Assembly (NCBI GenBank): GCA_046757685.1
Contig: JBHHYV010000003.1
Span: forward strand, 2,847 to 66,846
DNA: 64,000 nucleotides
Reading direction: 5' to 3'
Source of the DNA: Myxococcota bacterium
Lineage (GTDB): Bacteria > Myxococcota_A > UBA9160 > SZUA-336
Below are positions 53,028-61,753 of the stretch, piece by piece (positions within the stretch are counted from its first letter, which is position 1; the number at the start of each line of letters is the position of its first letter). A program made the translations under genes and the position numbers. The notes under the pieces are model-generated. The model did no database searches and was not told the DNA's origin. It saw only the letters and a program-made list of their open reading frames with translations.

Positions 53028-55409
53028 ATGCAGGGACCCCGATTCGAGCGGCTCACGCGGCTTCCCGCGCTGCGCCTGCTCGCCCCCTTTGCCACGGGCA
53101 TCGCGCTCGCCGACCGTCTCGACGCCCATCCGGGTACGTGTGCCTGGGCGATCTGTGCCGCGGCCGCGGCGCTCGGCTGGCCGCGAGCGCGCCCGCTCGC
53201 CGAGGGACTGCTGGCGGTGTCGGTGGGGGCGCTGGCACTCGCCCTTCCGCTCTCGGTCCCGCAGCCCGCAGTGGGGGAGCGCCTCGTCGACCTGCGCCTC
53301 CTGAGCGCTCCCACGGGGTGGGGGGCCAGCTGCCGGGCTCCGGCCCGGCTCCTGGCCGCGGGTCGCCATCGAGCGGGGACGGGCGTCGAGGGCCGGGTGC
53401 TGGTCGAGGGTCCCCCGCAGCTGTGTCGCTGGCTGCCGGGGCAGGAGGGCCGATCGCAGGTCACCCTCGAGCGGCTTCGCGGGCCCCGAAACCCCGGGGC
53501 GATCGACTGGCGTCGCCGCTGGGCGAGAAGGGGCGTGCGCGCCCGGGCTCGCGTGCGCGACTCCCTGCTCGCGGGCGCCCTCTCGCCGACCGGAGCTCGG
53601 GCCACGCTCGAACGCGCGCGACGGGCGATCGGGGCGGCCGTCGACCCTCGCGGAGAGCCGAGCCGCGCGGGGGGCCTCCTCCGAGCATTGACGATCGGAG
53701 ACCGCACCCGCCTGGGCAGCGAGGTCCAAGAGGCCTTCCAGCGCTCCGGAACGCGCCACCTGCTAGCGATCTCCGGGCTCCACATCGGATGGCTCCTCGG
53801 CCTGGCGCGCGCGCTCGTGGGAGCGCTCCTGCGGCGATCGCCGGTGGCCGCGTGGCAACGAAGGGTCTCCGGGATCTCGCTGGCGGCGGGAGCGCTGGTG
53901 GCGCTGGCCTACGGAGCACTGGCGGGGCTCGCGACGCCCACTCTTCGGGCCCTCACGATGGCGTGGGCCGGAGCCGTGGCGGTCCTCGGTGGGCGGCCGC
54001 AGCAGTCGGCGAACGCGCTCACCCTGGCGGCGCTCGCGGTCCTGGCCGCGGATCCCGCCGCACTCTTCGAGCCTGGGCTCTGGCTCTCGGTCCTGGCGGT
54101 CACGGGCATCCTGATCTGGCGGCCCGGCGGAGGCGCCCTCTCGCGCGGCATCGGCTGCGCCGCCGGGGCCAGCCTTGCCACACTTCCGGTCCTGGCCGCC
54201 CTGGGGGTGCCTCTCCCGGCTGCCACGCTCGGGGCCAACGCCGTCCTGGTACCCTGGGTCGGCACCGTCGTGGTCCCTCTCGGCCTGGCTGCGGGGGGGC
54301 TCGGAGCCCTCTTCGGCGCCCCGATTCCCGGGCTCGACGAGGCGGCCCAGGCGGCGGCGGAGATCGCGATTCGGCTCGCGCAGGCGCTCGAGTCCCCCGA
54401 TCTCCTGGCCGGGCTGCCTCACCCCGTTTTCAGCGCGCTCGGCATCGCGGTGGGGGGCCTGCTCCTGCGCTCGGGGCTTCGGGAGCCCGTCGCGGGCCGA
54501 CTCGGGGCGAGGGCGGCGGGAGGATGCCTCGCGCTCGCTGGCGCCGGTCTGGCGCTCTGGCCCTCGCACTCGCAGGGCGACCCCGAGGTCTGGCTCTTCG
54601 ATGTCGGGCACGGGGACGCGATCCTGGTCCGAGATCGCGAGCAGTCCTGGCTCGTCGACTCCGGTCCTGCCTGGACCGGGGGAGATGCCGGCCGGACGGT
54701 CGTGGCGCCGGCGCTGCGCGCGCTCGGGGTCTTGCATCTCTCGGCCCTCTGGATCACCCATCCGGACCGCGACCACCTGGGCGGCGCCCGCTCGGTGCTC
54801 CGCGCGTTCTCGGTGGGCGAGATCCGGGTCGGGCTCGATACGCTTCGTGACCCCCGGATCCGGCCGCTGGCGGCGTTGGCCGCGCGTCGCGGCATTCCGC
54901 TGCGCGTCGTGGCGAGCGGCGATCGCTTCCGCCTGGGTCGGCTCGAGGGCCGGGTGCTCTGGCCCCCCTCCGCAGCACGGTCCGGCTCGCCGCGCCCGCA
55001 CTCCAACGATCTCTCGCTGGTGCTTCGCCTCGACGCGGAGGACGGCTGCGTCTGGCTCGCGGGGGATGCCCCCGCACGTGTCGACCGGAGACTTGCCGGG
55101 CGCGAGGAAGCCCAGAGGTGCGCGATCCTGAAGCTCGGGCACCACGGGAGCGCCACCTCGACGGACCCGACCCTGCTCGCGCGTCTGGATCCCGACCTGG
55201 CGCTGGCGAGTGGGGGGCGGCGTCGGCGGGCCCCCCTCCCTGCTCGCGCGGTGCGGGCTCGGCTCCGGCGCCGCGCGATCACGCTGTGGACGACGGCGCG
55301 CTTCGGAGCGCTTCGCCTCCGGCTGGGCGCTCCGCCGACGGTCTCTCCGTGGGTGGTCGAGCCTTCCGCCGCTCAGCGACCCTTGTTGAGGCGGCCGATG
55401 TCGATGTAG
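53028..55409 (+). CDS. comEC: DNA internalisation competence protein ComEC/Rec2 with a C-terminal metallo-beta-lactamase domain
   Basis: Multi-TM N-terminal region, Competence domain, and an MBL motif (LFDVGHGDAILV...HPDRDHLGG...LKLGHHGS). The start is approximate. Confidence 0.8.
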   Translation: MQGPRFERLTRLPALRLLAPFATGIALADRLDAHPGTCAWAICAAAAALGWPRARPLAEGLLAVSVGALALALPLSVPQPAVGERLVDLRLLSAPTGWGASCRAPARLLAAGRHRAGTGVEGRVLVEGPPQLCRWLPGQEGRSQVTLERLRGPRNPGAIDWRRRWARRGVRARARVRDSLLAGALSPTGARATLERARRAIGAAVDPRGEPSRAGGLLRALTIGDRTRLGSEVQEAFQRSGTRHLLAISGLHIGWLLGLARALVGALLRRSPVAAWQRRVSGISLAAGALVALAYGALAGLATPTLRALTMAWAGAVAVLGGRPQQSANALTLAALAVLAADPAALFEPGLWLSVLAVTGILIWRPGGGALSRGIGCAAGASLATLPVLAALGVPLPAATLGANAVLVPWVGTVVVPLGLAAGGLGALFGAPIPGLDEAAQAAAEIAIRLAQALESPDLLAGLPHPVFSALGIAVGGLLLRSGLREPVAGRLGARAAGGCLALAGAGLALWPSHSQGDPEVWLFDVGHGDAILVRDREQSWLVDSGPAWTGGDAGRTVVAPALRALGVLHLSALWITHPDRDHLGGARSVLRAFSVGEIRVGLDTLRDPRIRPLAALAARRGIPLRVVASGDRFRLGRLEGRVLWPPSAARSGSPRPHSNDLSLVLRLDAEDGCVWLAGDAPARVDRRLAGREEAQRCAILKLGHHGSATSTDPTLLARLDPDLALASGGRRRRAPLPARAVRARLRRRAITLWTTARFGALRLRLGAPPTVSPWVVEPSAAQRPLLRRPMSM

Positions 55410-56722
55410 CGCCGGATCTTGCCCTTGCTCGGCAGGGGGTCGCCGTCGTTGTCCCAGAACTCGATCCGGTTCCCCGTCCCGGTCTGGACATTGACGATGA
55501 TGTCGCTGACCACGCGGATGTCATCGGCCTCCTTCACGCCGTCCCAGCCCGAGTACCACACGCCGTCCTTCCGATTGGGGTCCTTGCGGTCCGCGGTCTG
55601 GCCCTTCCAGTCCTCGCTGTAGCGGTGGTTGTGCCAGATGATCTTCCACAGCTCCCTCTTGCGGTCGTAGGCGAAGCTGTAGAGCGGCTCGTAGGTCTCC
55701 CGGTCGAGATAGATGTCCTTGTGGTGGTAGGGATGGTCCTCGTTGCGCGGGTGGAAGCGGATCACGTACGCGTGCCGCATCTCCCAGTTGTCGGCGGCGT
55801 ACGAGAAGCCGAAGGGACCGAAGTTGTAGTCGTCGGTGTAGGGGTAGGCGAGCTTGGTGGTGGAGAAGGGGGTGATCACGTCGCGCTCCCCCAGGCACTC
55901 CCAGGTGTACTGCGGGGGGACTCCGTCGAAGCTCCGAAGGTCGTCGCGCGTAAAGTCGGTGCCCTGTACGGAGTCGGTGCGCTGAGCGGTCGAGATGCGG
56001 CGGACCCTGCGGAGATCGGGCAGGTAGACCCACGTGTCATCGTTCTTCGAGGTTTCGAGCGGTCCCTCGGACGACTGGTAGCGGTAGGTCATGACGAGGA
56101 TGCCACGCGCATCGAAGGGCGCGGTCACCTCGACCCCCTGGATCTCCTTGCGCTTGTCGTTCTTGAAGAGCGCCGCTCCGTTGGCTTCGTACTGCGGCTC
56201 GACCCGGTTGGTCATGAAGATGAACTTGGCCGTACCTTCGTAGTAGAGCGGAAGCTGCTCGCCGCGATCCCAGTAGGTGTACGACCATTGCGATCGCGAG
56301 CCGTCGCCCTCCCAGCGCTTCATGAAGTTCCAGATGATCTTCGTGGCGGCCTGCGGATCTCCCTTGCAGTCGATCTGGCTGAAGGGCTGGCCCGCGGTGT
56401 AGTTCAGCAGCGCGCCGTCCTTTCCGATGGTCGCCTGCCCCGCGTACCGGGCGCTGACCGCCTCGTACTCCGGAGCGTTGGGGTACTTGCGGAAGAAGGG
56501 CCCGACGTGGATCTTCATTCCCTCGTAGAAGAAGTACTCCCGGTTCTGCCAGAACTGCTCGGGCAGGTAGTTCTTGAGCTTGTTCAGCTGCTCGAAGGTG
56601 AGGACGTCTCCCTCCTTGAAGGGAACGCCCGGAACCACGTCCTCGCTGGCCTCCTGGGCCCGTGCCGATCCCGTCGCCAAGAGGAGTACGAGCACCGACC
56701 CGAGCCGTCCCATCCTGCCCAT
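55373..56722 (-). CDS. DUF1329 family secreted protein
   Basis: Signal peptide MGRMGRLGSVLVLLLATGSARAQEA, then about 420 aa rich in W/Y/F/D typical of DUF1329. The Gly/Arg-rich upstream part of the listed ORF is unlikely to be translated. The start could instead be 56713 or 56737. Confidence 0.65.
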   Translation of the reverse strand: MGRMGRLGSVLVLLLATGSARAQEASEDVVPGVPFKEGDVLTFEQLNKLKNYLPEQFWQNREYFFYEGMKIHVGPFFRKYPNAPEYEAVSARYAGQATIGKDGALLNYTAGQPFSQIDCKGDPQAATKIIWNFMKRWEGDGSRSQWSYTYWDRGEQLPLYYEGTAKFIFMTNRVEPQYEANGAALFKNDKRKEIQGVEVTAPFDARGILVMTYRYQSSEGPLETSKNDDTWVYLPDLRRVRRISTAQRTDSVQGTDFTRDDLRSFDGVPPQYTWECLGERDVITPFSTTKLAYPYTDDYNFGPFGFSYAADNWEMRHAYVIRFHPRNEDHPYHHKDIYLDRETYEPLYSFAYDRKRELWKIIWHNHRYSEDWKGQTADRKDPNRKDGVWYSGWDGVKEADDIRVVSDIIVNVQTGTGNRIEFWDNDGDPLPSKGKIRRYIDIGRLNKGR

Positions 56723-56878
56723 GCCAGAGTGACCCATTCCAGACCCTCCCCGGTCGATCGAACCCGTCGAGCTTACACCCCTGCCGCAGCCCCCAGAACC
56801 CCCATTGGGCCGATTTCGCCCAGATCTCGGCCTTCGGGTCGCCCCCGAGGGGCGCCGCCCGGCCGCTACACTGGGGCG

Positions 56879-57016
56879 ATGGCCCGGCGCCCTCCGAATG
56901 TCGACCGCGAGAGCTGGCTGGCGGAGCGCGAGCGGATCTGGCGCCGCCGAAATCGCTGGCTCAGCCTGCTGATGCTCGCGGCGATCGCGGCGCTCGCCTG
57001 GCGCTACCTGCTCTAG
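56879..57016 (+). CDS. Possible small membrane protein (45 aa); speculative
   Basis: MARRPPNVDRESWLAERERIWRRRNRWLSLLMLAAIAALAWRYLL carries one C-terminal hydrophobic helix. It lies in the gap between gmhB and the DUF1329 gene on the opposite strand. Confidence 0.2.
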   Translation: MARRPPNVDRESWLAERERIWRRRNRWLSLLMLAAIAALAWRYLL

Positions 57017-57519
57017 CGGGTCTGCGGCGCTCTTCCGTCCGCCAGGATCCGGTCTGCCACCGCGCGCAGATCCGGAAGGTCCGACCCGAGCTGTAGCACC
57101 CGGAGCCCCGCGGCGAGGCCCGCCTGCACGTCGCTCGGGCGGTCGCCCACCATCCACGAGCGGTCGGGATCGGCAGCCATCTCGCGGAGCGCACGCTGCA
57201 GCATTCCGGGACGCGGCTTGCGACACGCGCAGCCCGCGTCCGGGAGATGCGGGCAGAAGTAGGTGGCCTCGAAGCGGACTCCCTTCGCTGCGAAGTCCCG
57301 CACGAGCTGCTCCTGGAAGCGCCAGAAGGCCGCCTCGTCGTAGAGGCCCCGCGCGATGCCCGACTGGTTGGTCACGATCGCGAGCCGGTAGCCCGCGGAC
57401 TGGAGGCGTTCGAGCCCTTCCGCGGCACCCGGCAGGCGACGGTACTCGTCGATCCGGTAGGGGTGACCGGTATCCTCGATCAGGGTGCCATCCCGATCGA
57501 GGTAGATGACGGCGTTCAT
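57013..57519 (-). CDS. gmhB: D-glycero-D-manno-heptose 1,7-bisphosphate phosphatase (HAD-IIIA)
   Basis: MNAVIYLDRDGTLIED, the zinc-binding CxH...CxC pattern (FCPHLPDAGCACRKP), and GDRPSDVQA. Confidence 0.85.
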   Translation of the reverse strand: MNAVIYLDRDGTLIEDTGHPYRIDEYRRLPGAAEGLERLQSAGYRLAIVTNQSGIARGLYDEAAFWRFQEQLVRDFAAKGVRFEATYFCPHLPDAGCACRKPRPGMLQRALREMAADPDRSWMVGDRPSDVQAGLAAGLRVLQLGSDLPDLRAVADRILADGRAPQTR

Positions 57520-57557
57520 GCGCTCAAGGTAGCGGAGTCGATTGCGCTCCTCGCGGG

Positions 57558-58484
57558 ATGGGGGACGATGGGTGCATGTCCCGTGCTTCGAGAGAGGACC
57601 GCGACACGCTCGCGGTTCGCATCACGGCTCCGGCCGACGAGCACGGCCGCCTGATCGCGGAGCTCCATGCCCTGGGAACGCTCGGGATCGAGGAGCGCGA
57701 GGGCTCCCTGGTCGCCTGGTTCCGGGCTGCGGAGGCCCCGCGCCGTGACCTGGAGGCCCTGGCCGACGTCGCGCGGCGAATCCGCGTTGCGGCACCTCGC
57801 CTGCAACGCGACCGGGACTGGCAGGCCCTGTGGCGGCGCGGACTCCGGGCGCGCCGGATCGCGGGCCTATGGGTGCGGCCCTCGTTCGTGCCCTCGCGCG
57901 GACGGCCGGAGCTGATCATCGACCCCGAGCAGGCGTTCGGTACGGGCGAGCACGCGACGACGCGGCTCGCTCTCTCGCTGCTCCTCGAGTGCCTCGCGCC
58001 CGGGGAACGCTGGATCGACTTCGGTGCGGGCAGCGCGATCCTGGCGCTGGCGGCGCTGCGCTCGGGGGCGCGGGCCGCGCTCGCGCTCGAGATCGATCCG
58101 ATTGCCTGCGCCACGGCCCGACGCAACGCGAGCCGCAATGCGCTGGATGCTCTCATCGTGTGTGGCTCCCTCGACACCCTCGCGTCTCCGAGTCGGCGGG
58201 GAGGCGGCCGGCCCTTCGACGGGGCGGTGGCCAACCTGCTGTGGTCCCGGCTGCGACCCTGGCTCGAGCCCCTGGCGGCGCGCGTCGACGGGCCGCTGAT
58301 CCTGTCGGGCTATCTCGCGGCCGAGAGCCGCGAGGTGTCGGCCGTCACGCGGGCCCTCGGGCTCGAGACTCTCGACGAGCGACGAGAAGCGCAGTCGGGC
58401 GACCTGTGGTGCGCTCGCCGCGTTCAGGCGAGTCGGGCTCTCCAGGAGTCCAGCAGGGTCTCGAGCGTATCCTCGAATCGATGA
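57558..58484 (+). CDS. prmA: Ribosomal protein L11 methyltransferase
   Basis: IDPEQAFGTGEHATT...DFGAGSAILALAA...GDLWC C-terminal motif. Confidence 0.85.
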   Translation: MGDDGCMSRASREDRDTLAVRITAPADEHGRLIAELHALGTLGIEEREGSLVAWFRAAEAPRRDLEALADVARRIRVAAPRLQRDRDWQALWRRGLRARRIAGLWVRPSFVPSRGRPELIIDPEQAFGTGEHATTRLALSLLLECLAPGERWIDFGAGSAILALAALRSGARAALALEIDPIACATARRNASRNALDALIVCGSLDTLASPSRRGGGRPFDGAVANLLWSRLRPWLEPLAARVDGPLILSGYLAAESREVSAVTRALGLETLDERREAQSGDLWCARRVQASRALQESSRVSSVSSNR

Positions 58485-59377
58485 CGCGCCCGCCACCCCA
58501 GGGCGCGCAAACGACCGGGATCGCCGACGAGTGAGAGCCGCTCGGGAGGGGCGGGCCGAAAGCGCTCCGGGTCGATCTGGACGCGAACCTCGCGCCGCGC
58601 GCGAGCCACCAGGTAGTCCAGCACCTCGCGCACGGTCCGGCCCCGGCCGCTGCACACGTTGTAGACCTCGCCCGGTGCCCCGTCCTCGAGCAGGAGCAGG
58701 TAGGCGCTCACCACGTCGCGGACGTCGGAGAAGTCGCGAACCGGCTCCAGGTTGCCCACGAGGATCGTCGGCTCGCGCCGGCCGGACTCGATCACGGCGA
58801 TCTGCCGTGCGAACGACGATTCGACGTAGCGATCGGGGCGCCCCGGACCGCTGTGGTTGAGGGGCCGGGCCACGACGACGTCGAGACCCTCGGCCTTGGC
58901 AGCGAGGAGCAGGCGACACTCGGCTGCCGCCTTGGTCGACGCGTAGAACGACTCGGGCCGGAGCGGATCGCACTCGCGGGCGGGCGCCGCTCCGAGGGGC
59001 CGAGCGCCGTAGACCTCGCCGGTGCTCACGTAGAGCAGCCGCGCGCCGGGCGCCCACCGGAGGATCGCGCGCGCGAGGGAGTCGACCGCGAGGGTATTGG
59101 TGGCGAGCGCCGCCAGGGGATCCGCCTGGGCCTCGGGCGGAGAGGCGAGGGCGGCCAGGTGGAGGATCGCGTCGGGGCGTGCGCTGCGGAGGAGCTGTGC
59201 GACGGCCGAGGAGTTCCGAACGTCGCAGGCCCGCCACTGTCGACGAGGTGCGGGAGCCCCGGCCGCGCGGTCGGGCCGGTAGCTGGCCACGGTCGTGTCG
59301 CCGCGCGACTCGAGTGCCGGGAGCAGCCAGGCTCCCACGAATCCCTCCGCACCGGTGACCAGGACACGTCGGCTCAT
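58424..59377 (-). CDS. NAD-dependent sugar-nucleotide epimerase/dehydratase (GDP-sugar reductase-like, SDR family)
   Basis: VLVTGAEGFVGAWL (Rossmann), YASTKAAAE (YxxxK), and the extended-SDR C-terminal region. Confidence 0.8.
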   Translation of the reverse strand: MSRRVLVTGAEGFVGAWLLPALESRGDTTVASYRPDRAAGAPAPRRQWRACDVRNSSAVAQLLRSARPDAILHLAALASPPEAQADPLAALATNTLAVDSLARAILRWAPGARLLYVSTGEVYGARPLGAAPARECDPLRPESFYASTKAAAECRLLLAAKAEGLDVVVARPLNHSGPGRPDRYVESSFARQIAVIESGRREPTILVGNLEPVRDFSDVRDVVSAYLLLLEDGAPGEVYNVCSGRGRTVREVLDYLVARARREVRVQIDPERFRPAPPERLSLVGDPGRLRALGWRARHRFEDTLETLLDSWRARLA

Positions 59378-59386
59378 GGCTTCGGG

Positions 59387-59728
59387 CTAGCGCCCGTAGT
59401 CGTCCTCGACCCGCACCACGTCGTCGAGCTCGGGCGTCGAGACCTCGATCAGCTCGGTGTCCGAGAGCGCCTCGAAGCGGTGGCGGCGACCGGGAGCGAT
59501 CCTGCGGCTCTCCCCCGGCCCCAGGTCGTGGCTCTCGATCTCGCCCGCGTCGTTCTCGAGTCGCAGCCTGAGCCGTCCGGTCAGGACGTAGATCGACTCG
59601 TCCTTCGTGCGGTGAAACTGCAGGGACAGCCGCGCACCCCTTCGGATCGAGAGCAGCTTTCCGGCGTAGCGATCGGTTTCGGCCCAGATGTGCTCATGAC
59701 CCCACGGCTTGGGGACCTTTCGTGCCAT
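59387..59728 (-). CDS. Cupin-domain protein (mannose-6-phosphate isomerase-like, small)
   Basis: KPWGHEHIWAETDRYAGKLLSIRRGARLSLQFHRTKDESIYVLTGRL is a cupin motif pair. The start at Met22 of the listed ORF is approximate. Confidence 0.7.
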   Translation of the reverse strand: MARKVPKPWGHEHIWAETDRYAGKLLSIRRGARLSLQFHRTKDESIYVLTGRLRLRLENDAGEIESHDLGPGESRRIAPGRRHRFEALSDTELIEVSTPELDDVVRVEDDYGR

Positions 59729-59789
59729 CGGGCCGGACCCTAACATCCAGCGTGCTACTCTGCCCTGGCAGCGGGGGAGGGACGGGCGC

Positions 59790-60845
59790 ATGCGGATCGG
59801 CGTGGCCGGATTGAATGCCGCCGGAAAGACCCAGGTCGTCGAGTACCTGGCCCAGCGGAGCTTCTACCGGGAGTCCCTCTCGGACGTGATTCGCGAGGAG
59901 CTCGCGCGCGAGGCGATCGAGTGCACGCGCGACGCGATGATCGCGCGGGGCCGCGCGCTGCGAGAGAGATTCGGACCCGCGATCCTCGCCGAGCGGGTGC
60001 TCGCGCGGCTGCCGGCGGATCGCAATCACGTGATCGACTCGATTCGACACCCGGCCGAGGTGGCGGCGCTGCGCGCAGGCGGGGACTTCGTGCTGCTGTG
60101 GATCGACGCCCCCGCCGAGCTGCGCTTCGAGCGGGCCCGGGCGCGAGGACGCGTGGGTGTGCCGCAGACCCTCGCCGAGTTCGAGGCCGAGCAGGCCCGG
60201 GAGCTCGCGAGCGATGACCCCGCCGCGCAGCAGCTGCTCGCGGTAGGCGAGCTCGCGGACGAGATCATTCCGAACGACTCGGACCTGGAGACCCTCTACG
60301 CCAGGGTCCAGGCCTTCCTGGAACGCCGCCTGCTCTTTCGGTCCCGGCCCGACTGGGACACCTACTTCATGAACATCGCTCGGGTGGTCGCGTCACGCGC
60401 GAACTGTGTCAAGCGCAAGGTCGGAGCGGTCGTGATCTCGGATCGCCGCATCATCTCGACGGGCTACAACGGCACTCCCCGCGGGGTGCGCAACTGCAAC
60501 GAGGGAGGCTGCCCTCGCTGTGCGGGCGCGGCGCTCTCGGGCACGCGGCTCGACGAGTGCCTGTGCAGCCACGCCGAGGAGAACGCGATCACCCAGGCGG
60601 CCTACCACGGGGTGCGGGTCCGCGAGGGCGCGATCTACACGACCCTCTGTCCGTGCCTGATGTGCACCAAGATGATCATCAACACCGGGATCGTAGAGGT
60701 CGTCTACGGGGCTCCCTTCCCGCTGGCCGAGCCCTCGCTCCTGCTCCTTCACGAGGCTGGGGTCAAGGTCCGCGCGCTGGGCGATGACGCCGCGAGCGCG
60801 CCCGCCAGCGAGGAATGCCTCGGAACCCCTGGGCCGGAAGCCTAG
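59790..60845 (+). CDS. Fusion protein: N-terminal P-loop nucleotide kinase domain plus C-terminal dCMP/cytidine deaminase zinc-binding domain
   Basis: N-terminal Walker A GLNAAGKTQ in a dNMP-kinase-like alpha/beta domain of about 190 aa. C-terminal HAEENAI...PCLMCTKMIINTGI (H-A-E...PC..C zinc ligands), characteristic of ComEB/dCMP deaminases. Confidence 0.8.
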   Translation: MRIGVAGLNAAGKTQVVEYLAQRSFYRESLSDVIREELAREAIECTRDAMIARGRALRERFGPAILAERVLARLPADRNHVIDSIRHPAEVAALRAGGDFVLLWIDAPAELRFERARARGRVGVPQTLAEFEAEQARELASDDPAAQQLLAVGELADEIIPNDSDLETLYARVQAFLERRLLFRSRPDWDTYFMNIARVVASRANCVKRKVGAVVISDRRIISTGYNGTPRGVRNCNEGGCPRCAGAALSGTRLDECLCSHAEENAITQAAYHGVRVREGAIYTTLCPCLMCTKMIINTGIVEVVYGAPFPLAEPSLLLLHEAGVKVRALGDDAASAPASEECLGTPGPEA

Positions 60846-61753
60846 CCGGTCGCGCGGCCGACCCCGGGCTCCGGGGTGCAGAGCTGAAAGGCGAGGGCGA
60901 TCCCGCGGTCCACGTCGCGCGTCTCCAGCTCCCCGCGCCGGCGGCCGCGTCGGCCGGCGATGATCACGTCGATCCCCCGGCGTCGGATCTCCCAATCGAG
61001 GCGCGCGAGGCCCAGGGCCTCGGCGCCGTCGACCCGGACGCCGGTCACATCGATGATGGCGACGCGAATCTCCTCGGTCTCGGGATCGCGCAGCAGGCTG
61101 TCGAGCGAGGTGCTCCCCTCCCGAACGCCCCCGTAGGGCAGGACGACGACCGGGCCCCAGACCTGGAGGGCGGGCGACATCGGGTCCAGCCCCGGGTCCG
61201 GGCCCAGCTCCAGATCTCCCGCCGCCTGCAGGGGGGAAGGCGCTTCGATCTGCTCCTCGACCCGGTCGAAGCGCAGCGCAGGCAGGAGCGTCCGGGTCCA
61301 GTCTGGATCGAGGTCGAGCCAGCTGCGAACGGGCCTTCCCTCGAAGCGGCACGGCCCGCGCTCCTCGCTCGCACAGCGGGTCTCGCGGAGCAGCCATGTC
61401 GTCCGCGAGAGGGCCGAGTGCCAGCCCGATCCGTAGCCCGCCGCGACCAGGCAGGCGGGTCCGCCCCCCGGCACCGGAAGGCGCGCCTCGCGGGAGCGCG
61501 GGAGCGACGCGAGAAGGCGCGGCTCCCCCGGGCGAGGCGCCTGTTCGATCTGCAGCGCGTAGCGCGGCGGGAGCGCCGGCACGTGAGCCGGAAGCGCGCG
61601 GAAGGCGCGCACGGCCCTGAGCCCATCGAGCATGCCGTCCACGAAGCCGGAAGCGAAGAGCATCTCGCGTGCCGCCTCGGGGTCCGCCAGCTGGGCGGCC
61701 TGCAGATGCAGCGCGACGAGATCCGTCGGAGGGCTCGAGGGGTCCAGGGGCAT
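60842..61753 (-). CDS. V4R-like small-molecule-binding domain fused to a C-terminal STAS domain (anti-sigma-factor-antagonist fold)
   Basis: V4R signature CLVAAGYGSGWHSAL...LLRETRCASEERGPCRFEG (C..aG..G...E.C...G..C.FE pattern). The C-terminus EEIRVAIIDVTGVRVDGAEALGLARL...GIDVIIAG...RDVDRGIALAF fits a STAS domain. The ATG shares 1 nt with the upstream HD-GYP stop. Confidence 0.65.
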   Translation of the reverse strand: MPLDPSSPPTDLVALHLQAAQLADPEAAREMLFASGFVDGMLDGLRAVRAFRALPAHVPALPPRYALQIEQAPRPGEPRLLASLPRSREARLPVPGGGPACLVAAGYGSGWHSALSRTTWLLRETRCASEERGPCRFEGRPVRSWLDLDPDWTRTLLPALRFDRVEEQIEAPSPLQAAGDLELGPDPGLDPMSPALQVWGPVVVLPYGGVREGSTSLDSLLRDPETEEIRVAIIDVTGVRVDGAEALGLARLDWEIRRRGIDVIIAGRRGRRRGELETRDVDRGIALAFQLCTPEPGVGRATG

